A DNA stretch of 64,000 nucleotides from Candidatus Peribacteraceae bacterium (GCA_028703835.1 JAQVMB010000003.1:5493-69492); one strand, 5' to 3'. Shown: positions 25,434-34,158, numbered from the stretch's first letter. Program-made: numbers and translations. Notes: generated from the sequence alone by a model not told the origin.

Positions 25434-27122
25434 TCAATACACCTCTTTGAGATAGCATTCTTCGCAATACACGATTTCCGGCCGCTCCGGAGCATACGTC
25501 GTCCTCATCTCCTTCCCGCATTTCATGCAGGAGCGGATCCAGAGTTTGCGGGGGTTGCGCAGCGCCATGCGTCGTTTATGTCGCTCGTCAGGATGGAAAT
25601 GCGGAATCGGAAGCCGCATCTTCCGGTAGAACTCCAGCTCTTGCTTGATGACCTTGAAGAGGCGCCCCGAGACCGGGCAGCGGATCGCCGCGTGCAGGAT
25701 GTCATCCATGACGTCGTTGATACGGTCGGGAAGATTCTTCGCGTCCAGCGTTCGCGTCGCTTGCGGCGGCTCTTCCGCTTCCTCCCGCCACGACCATCCG
25801 CGCTTACGAGCTTCTTCTTTGGTGACCGGGAAGTACTCGGGCTCGTTCGCCACCGATTCGTTGTAAGCGTACGGAGAGGCGTCGACGGGGAAGAACTCGC
25901 CCCATTCGCCCGTCTTCCGCATGTGTTCGATGATCTTCGGTACGAGCGTTTCGTATTCTTCCCTCGTGTACCGCTTGTTGAGGATGCAGTACTTTCCGTT
26001 CCTGATGCCCACGCAGCCGAAACAATCGGATGAAGTGATGGCCAAGTCGCAATAGAGGAGATCATGGTTCACCGTGCTGTAGCTCCCGTGCGTGAAGAGG
26101 ACGTTCCTGCCGGTGATCGTGAGGCCTTCGTACGCAAGTTCCTGGAATGCGCCGTGGTCGACATCCATCGACGAGACCACTTGCTCGTCGAGACGGGTGC
26201 AGTGCTTCAAGTCCTGGCATTTGTCGCCGTCGAAGCAGGAGTGGCAACGGAGAGAGTGTTGGAGGTAGTCGCCGGTGCAATCTTCGCATTGGATGTTGTG
26301 TGAAGCCCGTCGCAGGGCTTGCGGGAGAAGGTTCTTGAACGTTTCACGATGTTTCTCGAATGCGGCATGCGAACCGGACAGGATATCCGCGACCGTACGC
26401 TCAAATGCTTCCTTGCCGACTTCTTCATTGAAGATGCAGTACTTTTTCCCGCGAAGATTGCTGCAGAACGCGATGTTCTGGCATTGCTGGCAGTCGATGC
26501 TGAAGAATGCGTCGGAGCAGTTCTTACAGTCCACGAGAGAGACGCAGTGATAGCAGAGAGTGGAGTCGAGGAGGTCATAGCTGCGCTCCGCGTCGCGGGA
26601 GAAGGCGCAGTCGGAGGAATCTTTCGAATGGTACGTGGCGTGACAGTACAGGTCGTTCTCATTGAATCCGCCGTCGATGCACATGTAGCAATTCTTGGAC
26701 TGCCAGACTTGGTTCACGTAGGGGCAGTTTTCATTGTTGATGACCGCGAGCGACAGGCGCGGGACGTTGTTCCGCAGTTCCCGGAATTGATCGAAGAAGG
26801 GCCGGTAGAAGTCGAACGGACGGCCGTAGGAGAACGGGTCCCACGCATCCGTGTACCACGCCTCCGTCTCGAAGACGGGAAAGGGCTTCTCCGGGGCGTA
26901 GGTCGAGATGATGGGTTTGTTCGTCAGGCCGCACTGTCGACGGTACAGGTTCCGTTCATTGCGAAATGACAGGCGACGTTGCGAGCGGCAATCCGGACAC
27001 AGCGTCGGAGGCGGGATCAACTTTTTCTTTCCGCTGAAGACGGGCGATACTTTCTCGTAGAACACGAGATCGTCGGGAGTGATGTCGAAGGAAGCCCGGC
27101 ATTGGCGACACGTTCTATGCAT
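25434..27122 (-). CDS. Cys-rich zinc-ribbon paralogue D
   Basis: ORF 25434..27221, read from the internal ATG at 27122 (MHRTCRQCRASFDITPDDLVFYEKVSPVF...). Ends ...CMKCGKEMRTTYAPERPEIVYCEECYLKEVY. Confidence 0.85.
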   Translation of the reverse strand: MHRTCRQCRASFDITPDDLVFYEKVSPVFSGKKKLIPPPTLCPDCRSQRRLSFRNERNLYRRQCGLTNKPIISTYAPEKPFPVFETEAWYTDAWDPFSYGRPFDFYRPFFDQFRELRNNVPRLSLAVINNENCPYVNQVWQSKNCYMCIDGGFNENDLYCHATYHSKDSSDCAFSRDAERSYDLLDSTLCYHCVSLVDCKNCSDAFFSIDCQQCQNIAFCSNLRGKKYCIFNEEVGKEAFERTVADILSGSHAAFEKHRETFKNLLPQALRRASHNIQCEDCTGDYLQHSLRCHSCFDGDKCQDLKHCTRLDEQVVSSMDVDHGAFQELAYEGLTITGRNVLFTHGSYSTVNHDLLYCDLAITSSDCFGCVGIRNGKYCILNKRYTREEYETLVPKIIEHMRKTGEWGEFFPVDASPYAYNESVANEPEYFPVTKEEARKRGWSWREEAEEPPQATRTLDAKNLPDRINDVMDDILHAAIRCPVSGRLFKVIKQELEFYRKMRLPIPHFHPDERHKRRMALRNPRKLWIRSCMKCGKEMRTTYAPERPEIVYCEECYLKEVY

Positions 27123-27229
27123 GGATGGAACGTTGGGAAGTGTTTGCAGATGCGGAAAATGCCGGATGCAAGTGAATATTCTCCCCATCCGCTGTCTGCT
27201 GCTTACTGTCGCCGCTATCATGACCGTCC

Positions 27230-27490
27230 ATGGCGAAGAAGCCCGCCCCCATCACGCTCCGTACCGTCCTGCGGCACATGCAGGAGATGAAGCAGGACCT
27301 CCTGCAGCATATGCAGGGGATGAAACGGGAACTTGTGACGAAGGTGGACGCCGTGGAGATGCGTTTGACGGAGCGTATCGACCGCGTCGAACGGAATCTG
27401 ACGATGCAGATCGACGGATTGGACAAGCGCCTCGATGACATCGAAGTGTTCCAACTCCCGAAGCTGAAGAAAGCGGTCGGCATGCGTTAA
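27230..27490 (+). CDS. small coiled-coil protein
   Basis: 86 aa. Heptad-rich MQEMKQDLLQHMQGMKRELVTKVDAVEMRLTERIDRVERNLTMQIDGLDKRLDDIE. Divergent from D. Its stop overlaps the stop of E (TTAA). Confidence 0.55.
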   Translation: MAKKPAPITLRTVLRHMQEMKQDLLQHMQGMKRELVTKVDAVEMRLTERIDRVERNLTMQIDGLDKRLDDIEVFQLPKLKKAVGMR

Positions 27491-29136
27491 TAGACTTCTT
27501 TAAGGTAGCACTCCTCGCACAGGGTCCTCCCGTCATATTCCTGGGGCCAGCTCGTCTGCGTCTCCTTCTTGCACTTGCCGCAGGCGACCGTCCGCAGTTC
27601 GCCGTTGAACGGAATGAGGCGGAAGTTTTCCTGCAGGCGGCGCATGTAATAGGTGTGCGGTAACGGCGCGCAAAGGTCTTTCGCGAACGCGATGTCCACG
27701 TCCGCGATCTGGAACGGCCGCTTTGCGACAGGATCCCAGAACACTTTCTTGGACAGATCCGTACCGGCATCATCGCTCCGGTCGGGGACCTGTGATGCGT
27801 CGATGGCGTCGGATATCCGTTCCGGCTTCTCCGTGCTCATGCGGAACCCGCGCTTCGTTCCTTCTTCCCGCGTGAGCGGCCAGTAGAAACCGGCAAGGCT
27901 TTCTTCATAGGGATTCGCCGCGAAGTGTCCGGGAAAGAATTGTCCGTACTCTCCGGTTCTCTTCATCGCCGCGATGATGTCCGCTTTGCGTTTCTCATAC
28001 TCCTCCGGTGTGTACGGTTTGTTGAAAATGTGATATTTCTTCCCGACCAACCCGCAGCAGCCGAAGCAGTGCTGGCACTGGAAGCAGTGTGCACTGTATT
28101 CCATTTCTTTGGATTGGACGACAAGATAGGAAAAGCGAACATTATAACACTTATCGAGTGCCGAAGAGCTGAAAAATACTAATTCATCTTCGTAAAAATT
28201 CGTATTGTCTAAACAATCTTTGGAATGAACACCTCCCCGGAAGCAGTTTATGCAATCCTCGGCTCCAGTCGATGTAAAATAACAATTTACGCAATTTCTG
28301 CATTCCTCGAGGTAGTTGCCAGTCGAATCTTCCGACTGGTCGAGCATTTGTGATCGATGCCAAGCGTTTGTCCGCAGCATATTACGGAAAGATATGTGAG
28401 TGGCTTCATAGATTTTCCACGACCGCAGATTTAGTTCACGAAGCTTCTGCAAATATTCCTCCTTCGAAAATTGGCGGTTGCCAATGCAATATTGCTTGTT
28501 TCGCAAATTGCAACATAGAACGCAATTGCTGCAATTTCGGCAATCATAGAGAAATGCGCTGTCGCTGCATTGCCAGCAGTTGAGTGCAAAAATAGTCTGA
28601 AAGCAGAAGTGACTGAAAGTGATATCAATACAACGCTGCGAGTCGAAGGAAAAAACTGCATATTGGGAATCCTTCACGCGTAAAACACGAAAACAATAAC
28701 GTACATCTTCGTCCTCCACTCCCGAATGACTTAAATAGCAATTCTTTGAGTACCACCAATCATCGGTGTATTCACAGTTTTCGTTTCCAGCGCCTAAATT
28801 ATGTGCGATGGGAGAATTTTGAAAAATCTCCCACATTTGAGGGAACAGCGGCTTCGTCAGATCCGCGTCCGCGGACGGAGGATTCGCATTCTTGATCCAC
28901 TCGTCCTTGTGCCACACGGGATACGGGCAGTCCTCGGAAAACACGGAGATGATCTGCTTGCCGGTCTTGTCGCACTTTCGTTTATGCAGCGTCCAATGCT
29001 GCCAAAATGCTCCAACGATTTGCCAGCGGACAATGGGGTGGAGGTCCGGCTCGCCGTCGATGCCGAGTTTCTTCCGCAAAGCTGTCTCCTGTTCACTGAC
29101 CGTGAACGTCCTGCCGGTGACGCGGCAAACGGGCAT
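27487..29136 (-). CDS. Cys-rich paralogue E (divergent; N-terminal zinc ligands lost; low-GC core)
   Basis: ORF 27487..29142, read from the ATG at 29136 (MPVCRVTGRTFTVSEQE...). Shares KYHIFNKPYTPEEYEKRKADIIAAMKRTGEYGQFFP and ...CGKCKKETQTSWPQEYDGRTLCEECYLKEVY with its sisters. Confidence 0.8.
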   Translation of the reverse strand: MPVCRVTGRTFTVSEQETALRKKLGIDGEPDLHPIVRWQIVGAFWQHWTLHKRKCDKTGKQIISVFSEDCPYPVWHKDEWIKNANPPSADADLTKPLFPQMWEIFQNSPIAHNLGAGNENCEYTDDWWYSKNCYLSHSGVEDEDVRYCFRVLRVKDSQYAVFSFDSQRCIDITFSHFCFQTIFALNCWQCSDSAFLYDCRNCSNCVLCCNLRNKQYCIGNRQFSKEEYLQKLRELNLRSWKIYEATHISFRNMLRTNAWHRSQMLDQSEDSTGNYLEECRNCVNCYFTSTGAEDCINCFRGGVHSKDCLDNTNFYEDELVFFSSSALDKCYNVRFSYLVVQSKEMEYSAHCFQCQHCFGCCGLVGKKYHIFNKPYTPEEYEKRKADIIAAMKRTGEYGQFFPGHFAANPYEESLAGFYWPLTREEGTKRGFRMSTEKPERISDAIDASQVPDRSDDAGTDLSKKVFWDPVAKRPFQIADVDIAFAKDLCAPLPHTYYMRRLQENFRLIPFNGELRTVACGKCKKETQTSWPQEYDGRTLCEECYLKEVY

Positions 29137-29172
29137 GGCCACAAGTGTACCAAACTTACCTTTCGTTCACTA

Positions 29173-29733
29173 TCATCCGCGCAGTTGCCACTCTTTCACC
29201 GCCGTGAGCGGATAGAGCAGCATGAGAATATTCAGGGTCAGGTTATCGCGGAAAAACCAAAGCATCAGCAGTTCCACGGCAATCACGAGAAGAACGGAAA
29301 CCCAGCGGGGAAGTTTCCATGCCAGGTAATAGCCGAACGCCGCGGCGAGCATGTCGCCGGTGGAGTTGAGGATGCTGTCGCCTTCATACCCGAGGGCGGC
29401 CGTCTGCGTGCGGTACCGGTCGATGACGAAGGGGGTGTTCTCCAGGATCTCCCATCCCGCCTCGAGCACGAGCGCGATGAGCAAGCGTTGGCGGACGGGG
29501 AGGCGGCGCAGGAGGAGCCAGAGCAGTGCGAAGAAGAGAAAGCCGTGCAGCAGGTGGGAAAAGGTGTACGGGTCCGCAAGGAGCTGTGATGTGCACGGGC
29601 TTGCGATATCCGTCGTCCATAGCCCGAAGCCGCCGGCACACCACGGGATCCTCCCCATGAGAGCCAGGATGACGCCGGACACGACCATGATCGCAGCCGC
29701 CCCCGCGCCGATGATGAGCGTGGAACGCTTCAT
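29173..29733 (-). CDS. DUF2585/UPF0314-family membrane protein
   Basis: DPYTFSHLLHGFLFFALLW...EAGWEILENTPFVIDRYR...GDSILNS...FRDNLTLNILMLLYPLTAVKEWQ matches the UPF0314 pattern as remembered. Confidence 0.7.
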   Translation of the reverse strand: MKRSTLIIGAGAAAIMVVSGVILALMGRIPWCAGGFGLWTTDIASPCTSQLLADPYTFSHLLHGFLFFALLWLLLRRLPVRQRLLIALVLEAGWEILENTPFVIDRYRTQTAALGYEGDSILNSTGDMLAAAFGYYLAWKLPRWVSVLLVIAVELLMLWFFRDNLTLNILMLLYPLTAVKEWQLRG

Positions 29734-30368
29734 TCGCTCTCAGGTGCCGCGCAGAGCGGCGGGGGAGGGGAGGAGAAAGGGGTTCCGTAGTGCACGGTGA
29801 GGTAGTACTTGTCCTTCTCCGGACTCAGCCCCAATCCGACGCCGATGGATGTGAAATGCGCATTCACGATGCTGTTGTAGTGGGCGCGGGAAGCTTTGTT
29901 CCGTTCCGCAAGATAGAAGCGGAACGTTTTGCGGATGGCGTCGATGGCCGCAAGCGTGCAGTCATTGTCCTTGCAGGCGTAGGTTCCCCAGCCGATGTTC
30001 TCCGTGAACGTGATGCGCTCGATGTTCTTGAAGTGGAGCCCGCGGTTGGCGAACCACTGCTCGATGGCGGGATAGTCGTAGTACGCCGCATCTGCCGCCC
30101 GCTTATGGTCGATGAAACCACGCTGCACGGCATAGATCGACCAGTTCGTTGCGGAGGCATTGAGGTGCCCGTCGAGCGCGTACGGTTGCAGCTTGAGGCG
30201 CCGGCGCAGGCGGTTATTCCAGCCCAGCCAAGTCTTGCGCACCCGTTCCATATCGATGCTCGGCCCGTTCGTCGCGGATGTCGTCAAACAGAGCGGTTCT
30301 TCGGCCTTCGCGACCGGGATGGCGAGCAGGCAAAAGACGAACAATGTCCGGATGGATAGGGAAGTCAT
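29730..30368 (-). CDS. secreted CAP/SCP (PR-1-like) domain protein
   Basis: Has a signal peptide. ...RAHYNSIVNAHFTSIGVGLG...YYLTVHYG is typical of the CAP domain. ATGA overlap with the downstream gene. Confidence 0.65.
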   Translation of the reverse strand: MTSLSIRTLFVFCLLAIPVAKAEEPLCLTTSATNGPSIDMERVRKTWLGWNNRLRRRLKLQPYALDGHLNASATNWSIYAVQRGFIDHKRAADAAYYDYPAIEQWFANRGLHFKNIERITFTENIGWGTYACKDNDCTLAAIDAIRKTFRFYLAERNKASRAHYNSIVNAHFTSIGVGLGLSPEKDKYYLTVHYGTPFSSPPPPLCAAPESE

Positions 30369-30510
30369 GGGGGCATCCTATCGCTTCCGGTCTGCATTTT
30401 CAGAATGACCGAAGCTCTGTACAATGTCCTCGTGCCGATGTGGCGGCCCTTCGTCTGCGCTCAGGACCGCTCGCAGACAGTATGGGCACTGATCTTTCCT
30501 CATTATTTGT

Positions 30511-30597
30511 GCCGATGTGGCGGAATTGGTAGACGCGCACGCTTCAGGAGCGTGTATCCGTAAGGATGTGAGAGTTCGAGTCTCTCCATCGGCACCA
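30511..30597 (+). tRNA. tRNA-Leu (anticodon CAG), CCA encoded
   Basis: GCCGATG acceptor stem pairs with CATCGGC. GGAATTGGTAGAC D-loop, anticodon loop cTTCAGGa, long variable arm, GTTCGAGTC T-loop. Confidence 0.9.
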
Positions 30598-30644
30598 GAG
30601 AATCAGGACTGCACGAATCTCAAAAGTTATGCCACTATAAAGGT

Positions 30645-32591
30645 ATGAACTCCAAAGCCCTCGAAACGATCAGTCATTTCCTGCTCTTCGCGCTCCTCGT
30701 CTTCGTCATCTTCTGGCGCGGGGGAAAGGGGATAGAGGCCACGTGGCTCCTCACCGGAGCGGCGGGAGTAGCGGTCCTCATTCAAGCATGGATCCGTCGG
30801 AAGGACGGAGGCGGGGCGGAGGTGCCTGCATTCGTCTGGACGGCGGGTGTGGCATTCTTCCTGTGGACGGTGCTCAGTTACGTTTTTTCCCGCACGCAGA
30901 ATTACGGTCTTGATGAAGTGCTGCGGGACGGGTCATTGCTCCTTCTCTTATTCTGGATCGTGCGGTGGCAGAAGAAAGAAGGAAGCCTCTCACCCTTCCT
31001 CGATCGATTCTTCCGCCTTCTCGTTTGGTTCACGGCGGCCGCTTCCATCGTTGGGTTGGCGGTCTACGTTCTGCAGCCGGTGAACCGTTTCGTGGGCACC
31101 TTCTTTTACGTCGGCGCCGTCACGGATTACTGGCCGAACGCCTGGGCTGAATTCGTCCTGCTCACGTGGCCGGTCATTCTCTGGTGGGCGCTGCGCGGGC
31201 GGGCCGGGAAGAACCGCGCACTGCGTTTCCTCCTCCTCGGCTTCGTAATCGGGTGCCTCTTCCTCAGTTATTCCCGCGGCGGTGTCATCGCCTTCGCCGG
31301 GCAGGTCGTCCTCCTTGCCCTTGTCCGGCTTCCCGCCGTTCGCGGCATGCGATGGAGGACTGCCTTGGGTGACGCCGCGCTTGTCGCCGTCATGGCCATT
31401 GGCGTCTTCTTCGGTGCGAATGCGCTGCGCGGACAGTTCCATGACGTCGAATCCATCGGGCGCAAAGTGACGTTTACGGCCGCGGAGGGCGCGTCGTCCC
31501 TGACGGAGCGCACGGCTTTCTACCGTCAGGCGTGGGAGCTCTCGCTCCGGCATCCGTTCGTCGGCTGGGGGCCGTACAGCTTCCGGTTCGTGCAGACCCG
31601 CCTGCAGGAAGATGTGACGGTGACATCCGACCATCCGCATAACGTGTTCCTGAAGGTCGCCGTGGAGCGCGGCTGGCCGGCGGCATTGCTGCTGGCACTC
31701 CTTGCCGCGGCGATTCTGCTTCCCGCGGCGCGGCGTTCTTTCGCGGAAAGAACCGCGGAGGGATCCGTCACGCCGTTCCTCCTCACGGCCGCAGCCGGGG
31801 TCCTGGCGCACAACCTCATCGACTTCAACCTGCAGTTCGTCGCCATCGCCTATCCCGGCGTCGTCCTCCTCGGGGCGTTGCTTCCCGCGTCCGCCCGCAC
31901 CGCATCACGCGGGAGTACCGCGCGGCGCCGGATGGAGATCGCGCTTGCGGTTTTCCTCCTGCTGGCAGCTTTCGTCGAAGGAGTGTTCCTTGTCACTTCC
32001 TCCCTCGGGAGGCATGCGGAGGTTGCGGGCAGGACTGATGCCGCCGTGTCATGGTATGCGAGGTCGCAACGGCAGTTCTTTGACCGGGACCTGCGTCTCA
32101 GCCAAGCGCACATATTGCTGGAACGCCAAAACTTCACGGGCGCGGAACAGGCGATGCTCACGTACGTTCGCCGCAATCCGGAGGATGCGCGCGGATGGAA
32201 GCTCTTGGGTGAAATCCATACGACATTGTTCCGCTATCCCGAAGCGCGCAGGGATTATGAACAGGCCTTCGTCCTGAACCGTTACAACGATCCGGGCGCA
32301 GCGGTCGATTACCTGATGGCCCTCGCACGGACGGGCGACGGGACGGACGTTGAGGCCGCCCGAGAAGAAACCGTTCATCTCGTGCGTGCCTATGCGGATG
32401 CCATCATACGCAACACCCATTTCATCGCGATATCGCCGCGGGTGAAAGATGTCGCGGAACTGGTGCGCATCGCGTCGATCCTCTACCCGCAGCACAAGGA
32501 AGAATTGGAGCGTTTGGGCGGACAGGGATTGATACAAGCCGAAAGGACACGGGAGCGGTTCGAGAACTCACAAGCCGGCTACCTTTGGTGA
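30645..32591 (+). CDS. O-antigen ligase-like (Wzy_C) polytopic membrane protein with C-terminal TPR-like repeats
   Basis: 648 aa with many TM segments. LFLSYSRGGVIAFAG and HPHNVFLKVAVERGW motifs are present. The C-terminal ~200 aa are helical-repeat-like. Confidence 0.7.
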   Translation: MNSKALETISHFLLFALLVFVIFWRGGKGIEATWLLTGAAGVAVLIQAWIRRKDGGGAEVPAFVWTAGVAFFLWTVLSYVFSRTQNYGLDEVLRDGSLLLLLFWIVRWQKKEGSLSPFLDRFFRLLVWFTAAASIVGLAVYVLQPVNRFVGTFFYVGAVTDYWPNAWAEFVLLTWPVILWWALRGRAGKNRALRFLLLGFVIGCLFLSYSRGGVIAFAGQVVLLALVRLPAVRGMRWRTALGDAALVAVMAIGVFFGANALRGQFHDVESIGRKVTFTAAEGASSLTERTAFYRQAWELSLRHPFVGWGPYSFRFVQTRLQEDVTVTSDHPHNVFLKVAVERGWPAALLLALLAAAILLPAARRSFAERTAEGSVTPFLLTAAAGVLAHNLIDFNLQFVAIAYPGVVLLGALLPASARTASRGSTARRRMEIALAVFLLLAAFVEGVFLVTSSLGRHAEVAGRTDAAVSWYARSQRQFFDRDLRLSQAHILLERQNFTGAEQAMLTYVRRNPEDARGWKLLGEIHTTLFRYPEARRDYEQAFVLNRYNDPGAAVDYLMALARTGDGTDVEAAREETVHLVRAYADAIIRNTHFIAISPRVKDVAELVRIASILYPQHKEELERLGGQGLIQAERTRERFENSQAGYLW

Positions 32592-33245
32592 CATGACTGA
32601 ATAACGTTTGTTGCGCTTGTCAACTTTCAAGACGTTCGTCTTTACCTGTGTCCGCGGGGCGAAGCGGGAAGAAGAATGCATCCCGGCGGGCAGCTGCGCA
32701 GGGTTCAAAGAACCTCCCGTCGCCGGAGCGAGGAGGTGTGGTGGGGTGTGTCTGTCGCCCTGCGTCCGCGGGGCGTCGTGGCGTTCACTCCTTTACCCGA
32801 ATGCCGGGAAGCGCATCACCATGTTCACTGCGAGGAGGGTGATGAGCGCCGCGTGCATGAGCACGTGGGGGAGTGAAGCGTTGTCTGTGAATTGCTTCAC
32901 GCGTTTCATAATAGCCTCTGTGGAAGAGGGGGAGAGTGTACGGATCTGAGATGTCATGTCCAGTATGCATTGACGACAGTTTCCAGCTTGTGATCTTACA
33001 ACGTTAGACGACATATTTTGCATTAGAAAGGAGAACAAAGCATGAATTCAGTATGTAGTATTACACAATAACGAATAAGGTTTGTGTTCACTTGAAAGCA
33101 AAATTCAATAATACCACACTATAAATAATATGAATGTCCATCTTGCGACGCATGGTCATGTCAAATCGGCGGGAGACGACAAGTGACCCCGGCCGATACA
33201 GATGCACTGTTCAGAGTGAAGAAGCATGCTACTATCCCGTGGCTT

Positions 33246-33322
33246 CGGGGCGTAGCTCAGTTGGCTAGAGCGCACGGTTCGGGACCGTGAGGTCGAAGGT
33301 TCGAGTCCTTTCGCCCCGACCA
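33246..33322 (+). tRNA. tRNA-Pro (anticodon CGG), CCA encoded
   Basis: CGGGGCG/CGCCCCG acceptor stem, anticodon loop tTCGGGa, GGTTCGAGTCC T-arm. Confidence 0.9.
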
Positions 33323-33415
33323 GAGTCATTACATCAAACAACATTCCGTAAGAAAGGATTATCTGCGAACGAAAGGCGAGAAGTATATGGTGAGCGAGCG
33401 ATGTGAGTCGAACCA

Positions 33416-33434
33416 AGTCCTTTCGCCCCGACCA
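33416..33434 (+). repeat. displaced copy of tRNA-Pro 3' end (19 nt)
   Basis: agtcctttcgccccgacca is identical to 33304-33322 and lies 93 nt downstream of the tRNA. Confidence 0.85.
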
Positions 33435-33574
33435 TTCGTCACCCCGCGTTCGCGAGGCTACTCATGGCAGCCCGTCAGGTTCGAGCTTGTTCTGAGGAAC
33501 GTACGTCGTGGTCTTGTCGAACGCAAAGATTGGAACGATCTGCTATACTGGGCAGGTTCTTTCCCCGTTCTCAC

Positions 33575-34141
33575 ATGAAGACACGTTCCATCCTCATCGG
33601 CGTCGGCATCGTCGTCGTCGCCATCCTTGCGTGGGCATGGTCCGGCTACAACGGCCTCATCGGCGCGCGCGAAGGCGTGGACGCAAGCTGGGCCCAAGTG
33701 CAGACCACGTACCAGCGACGGTTCGACCTGGTGCCGAATCTCGTGAGCACCGTGCGCGGCGCGGCCGCCTTCGAGCAGCAGACGTTCACGGCCATCACCC
33801 AGGCCCGCAGCGCCTGGCAGGGGGCGCAGACCCGCGAACAGCAGATCTCCGCGGCCCAGGGGCTGGACGGCGCTCTCGCGCGCCTGCTCGTCACCGTCGA
33901 GAATTATCCGCAACTCCAGGCGACGCAGGCTTTCCGCGACCTCATGACGCAGCTGGAGGGCACGGAGAACCGGATTTCCACCGCGCGCCGCGATTACAAT
34001 GAGACCGTGCGCGGATACAACATCCGCGTGAAACGCTTCCCCACGAACGTGCTTGCGGGGACGTTCGGGTTTGAGCCCGCGGAGCTCTTCGAGAGCGCGC
34101 AAGGGGCGGAGACGGCTCCCGCCGTTAATTTTGAACAGTAA
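33575..34141 (+). CDS. lemA: LemA-family protein
   Basis: Internal ATG of ORF 33464..34141. N-terminal TM helix, then YNGLIGAREGVDASWAQVQTTYQRRFDLVPNLV...NYPQLQATQAFRDLMTQLEGTENRISTARRDYN. Confidence 0.85.
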   Translation: MKTRSILIGVGIVVVAILAWAWSGYNGLIGAREGVDASWAQVQTTYQRRFDLVPNLVSTVRGAAAFEQQTFTAITQARSAWQGAQTREQQISAAQGLDGALARLLVTVENYPQLQATQAFRDLMTQLEGTENRISTARRDYNETVRGYNIRVKRFPTNVLAGTFGFEPAELFESAQGAETAPAVNFEQ

Positions 34142-34158
34142 CCGTTCTCTCTTCGACC

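Noticed and set aside
33246-33700. An integrated prophage or genomic island at tRNA-Pro or tRNA-Ser.
   Set aside because: There is no integrase, phage or conjugation gene between the tRNA and its displaced 3' repeat. The inserts are only about 75-100 nt, and the next genes (LemA; transketolase) are ordinary. Only scars can be claimed.
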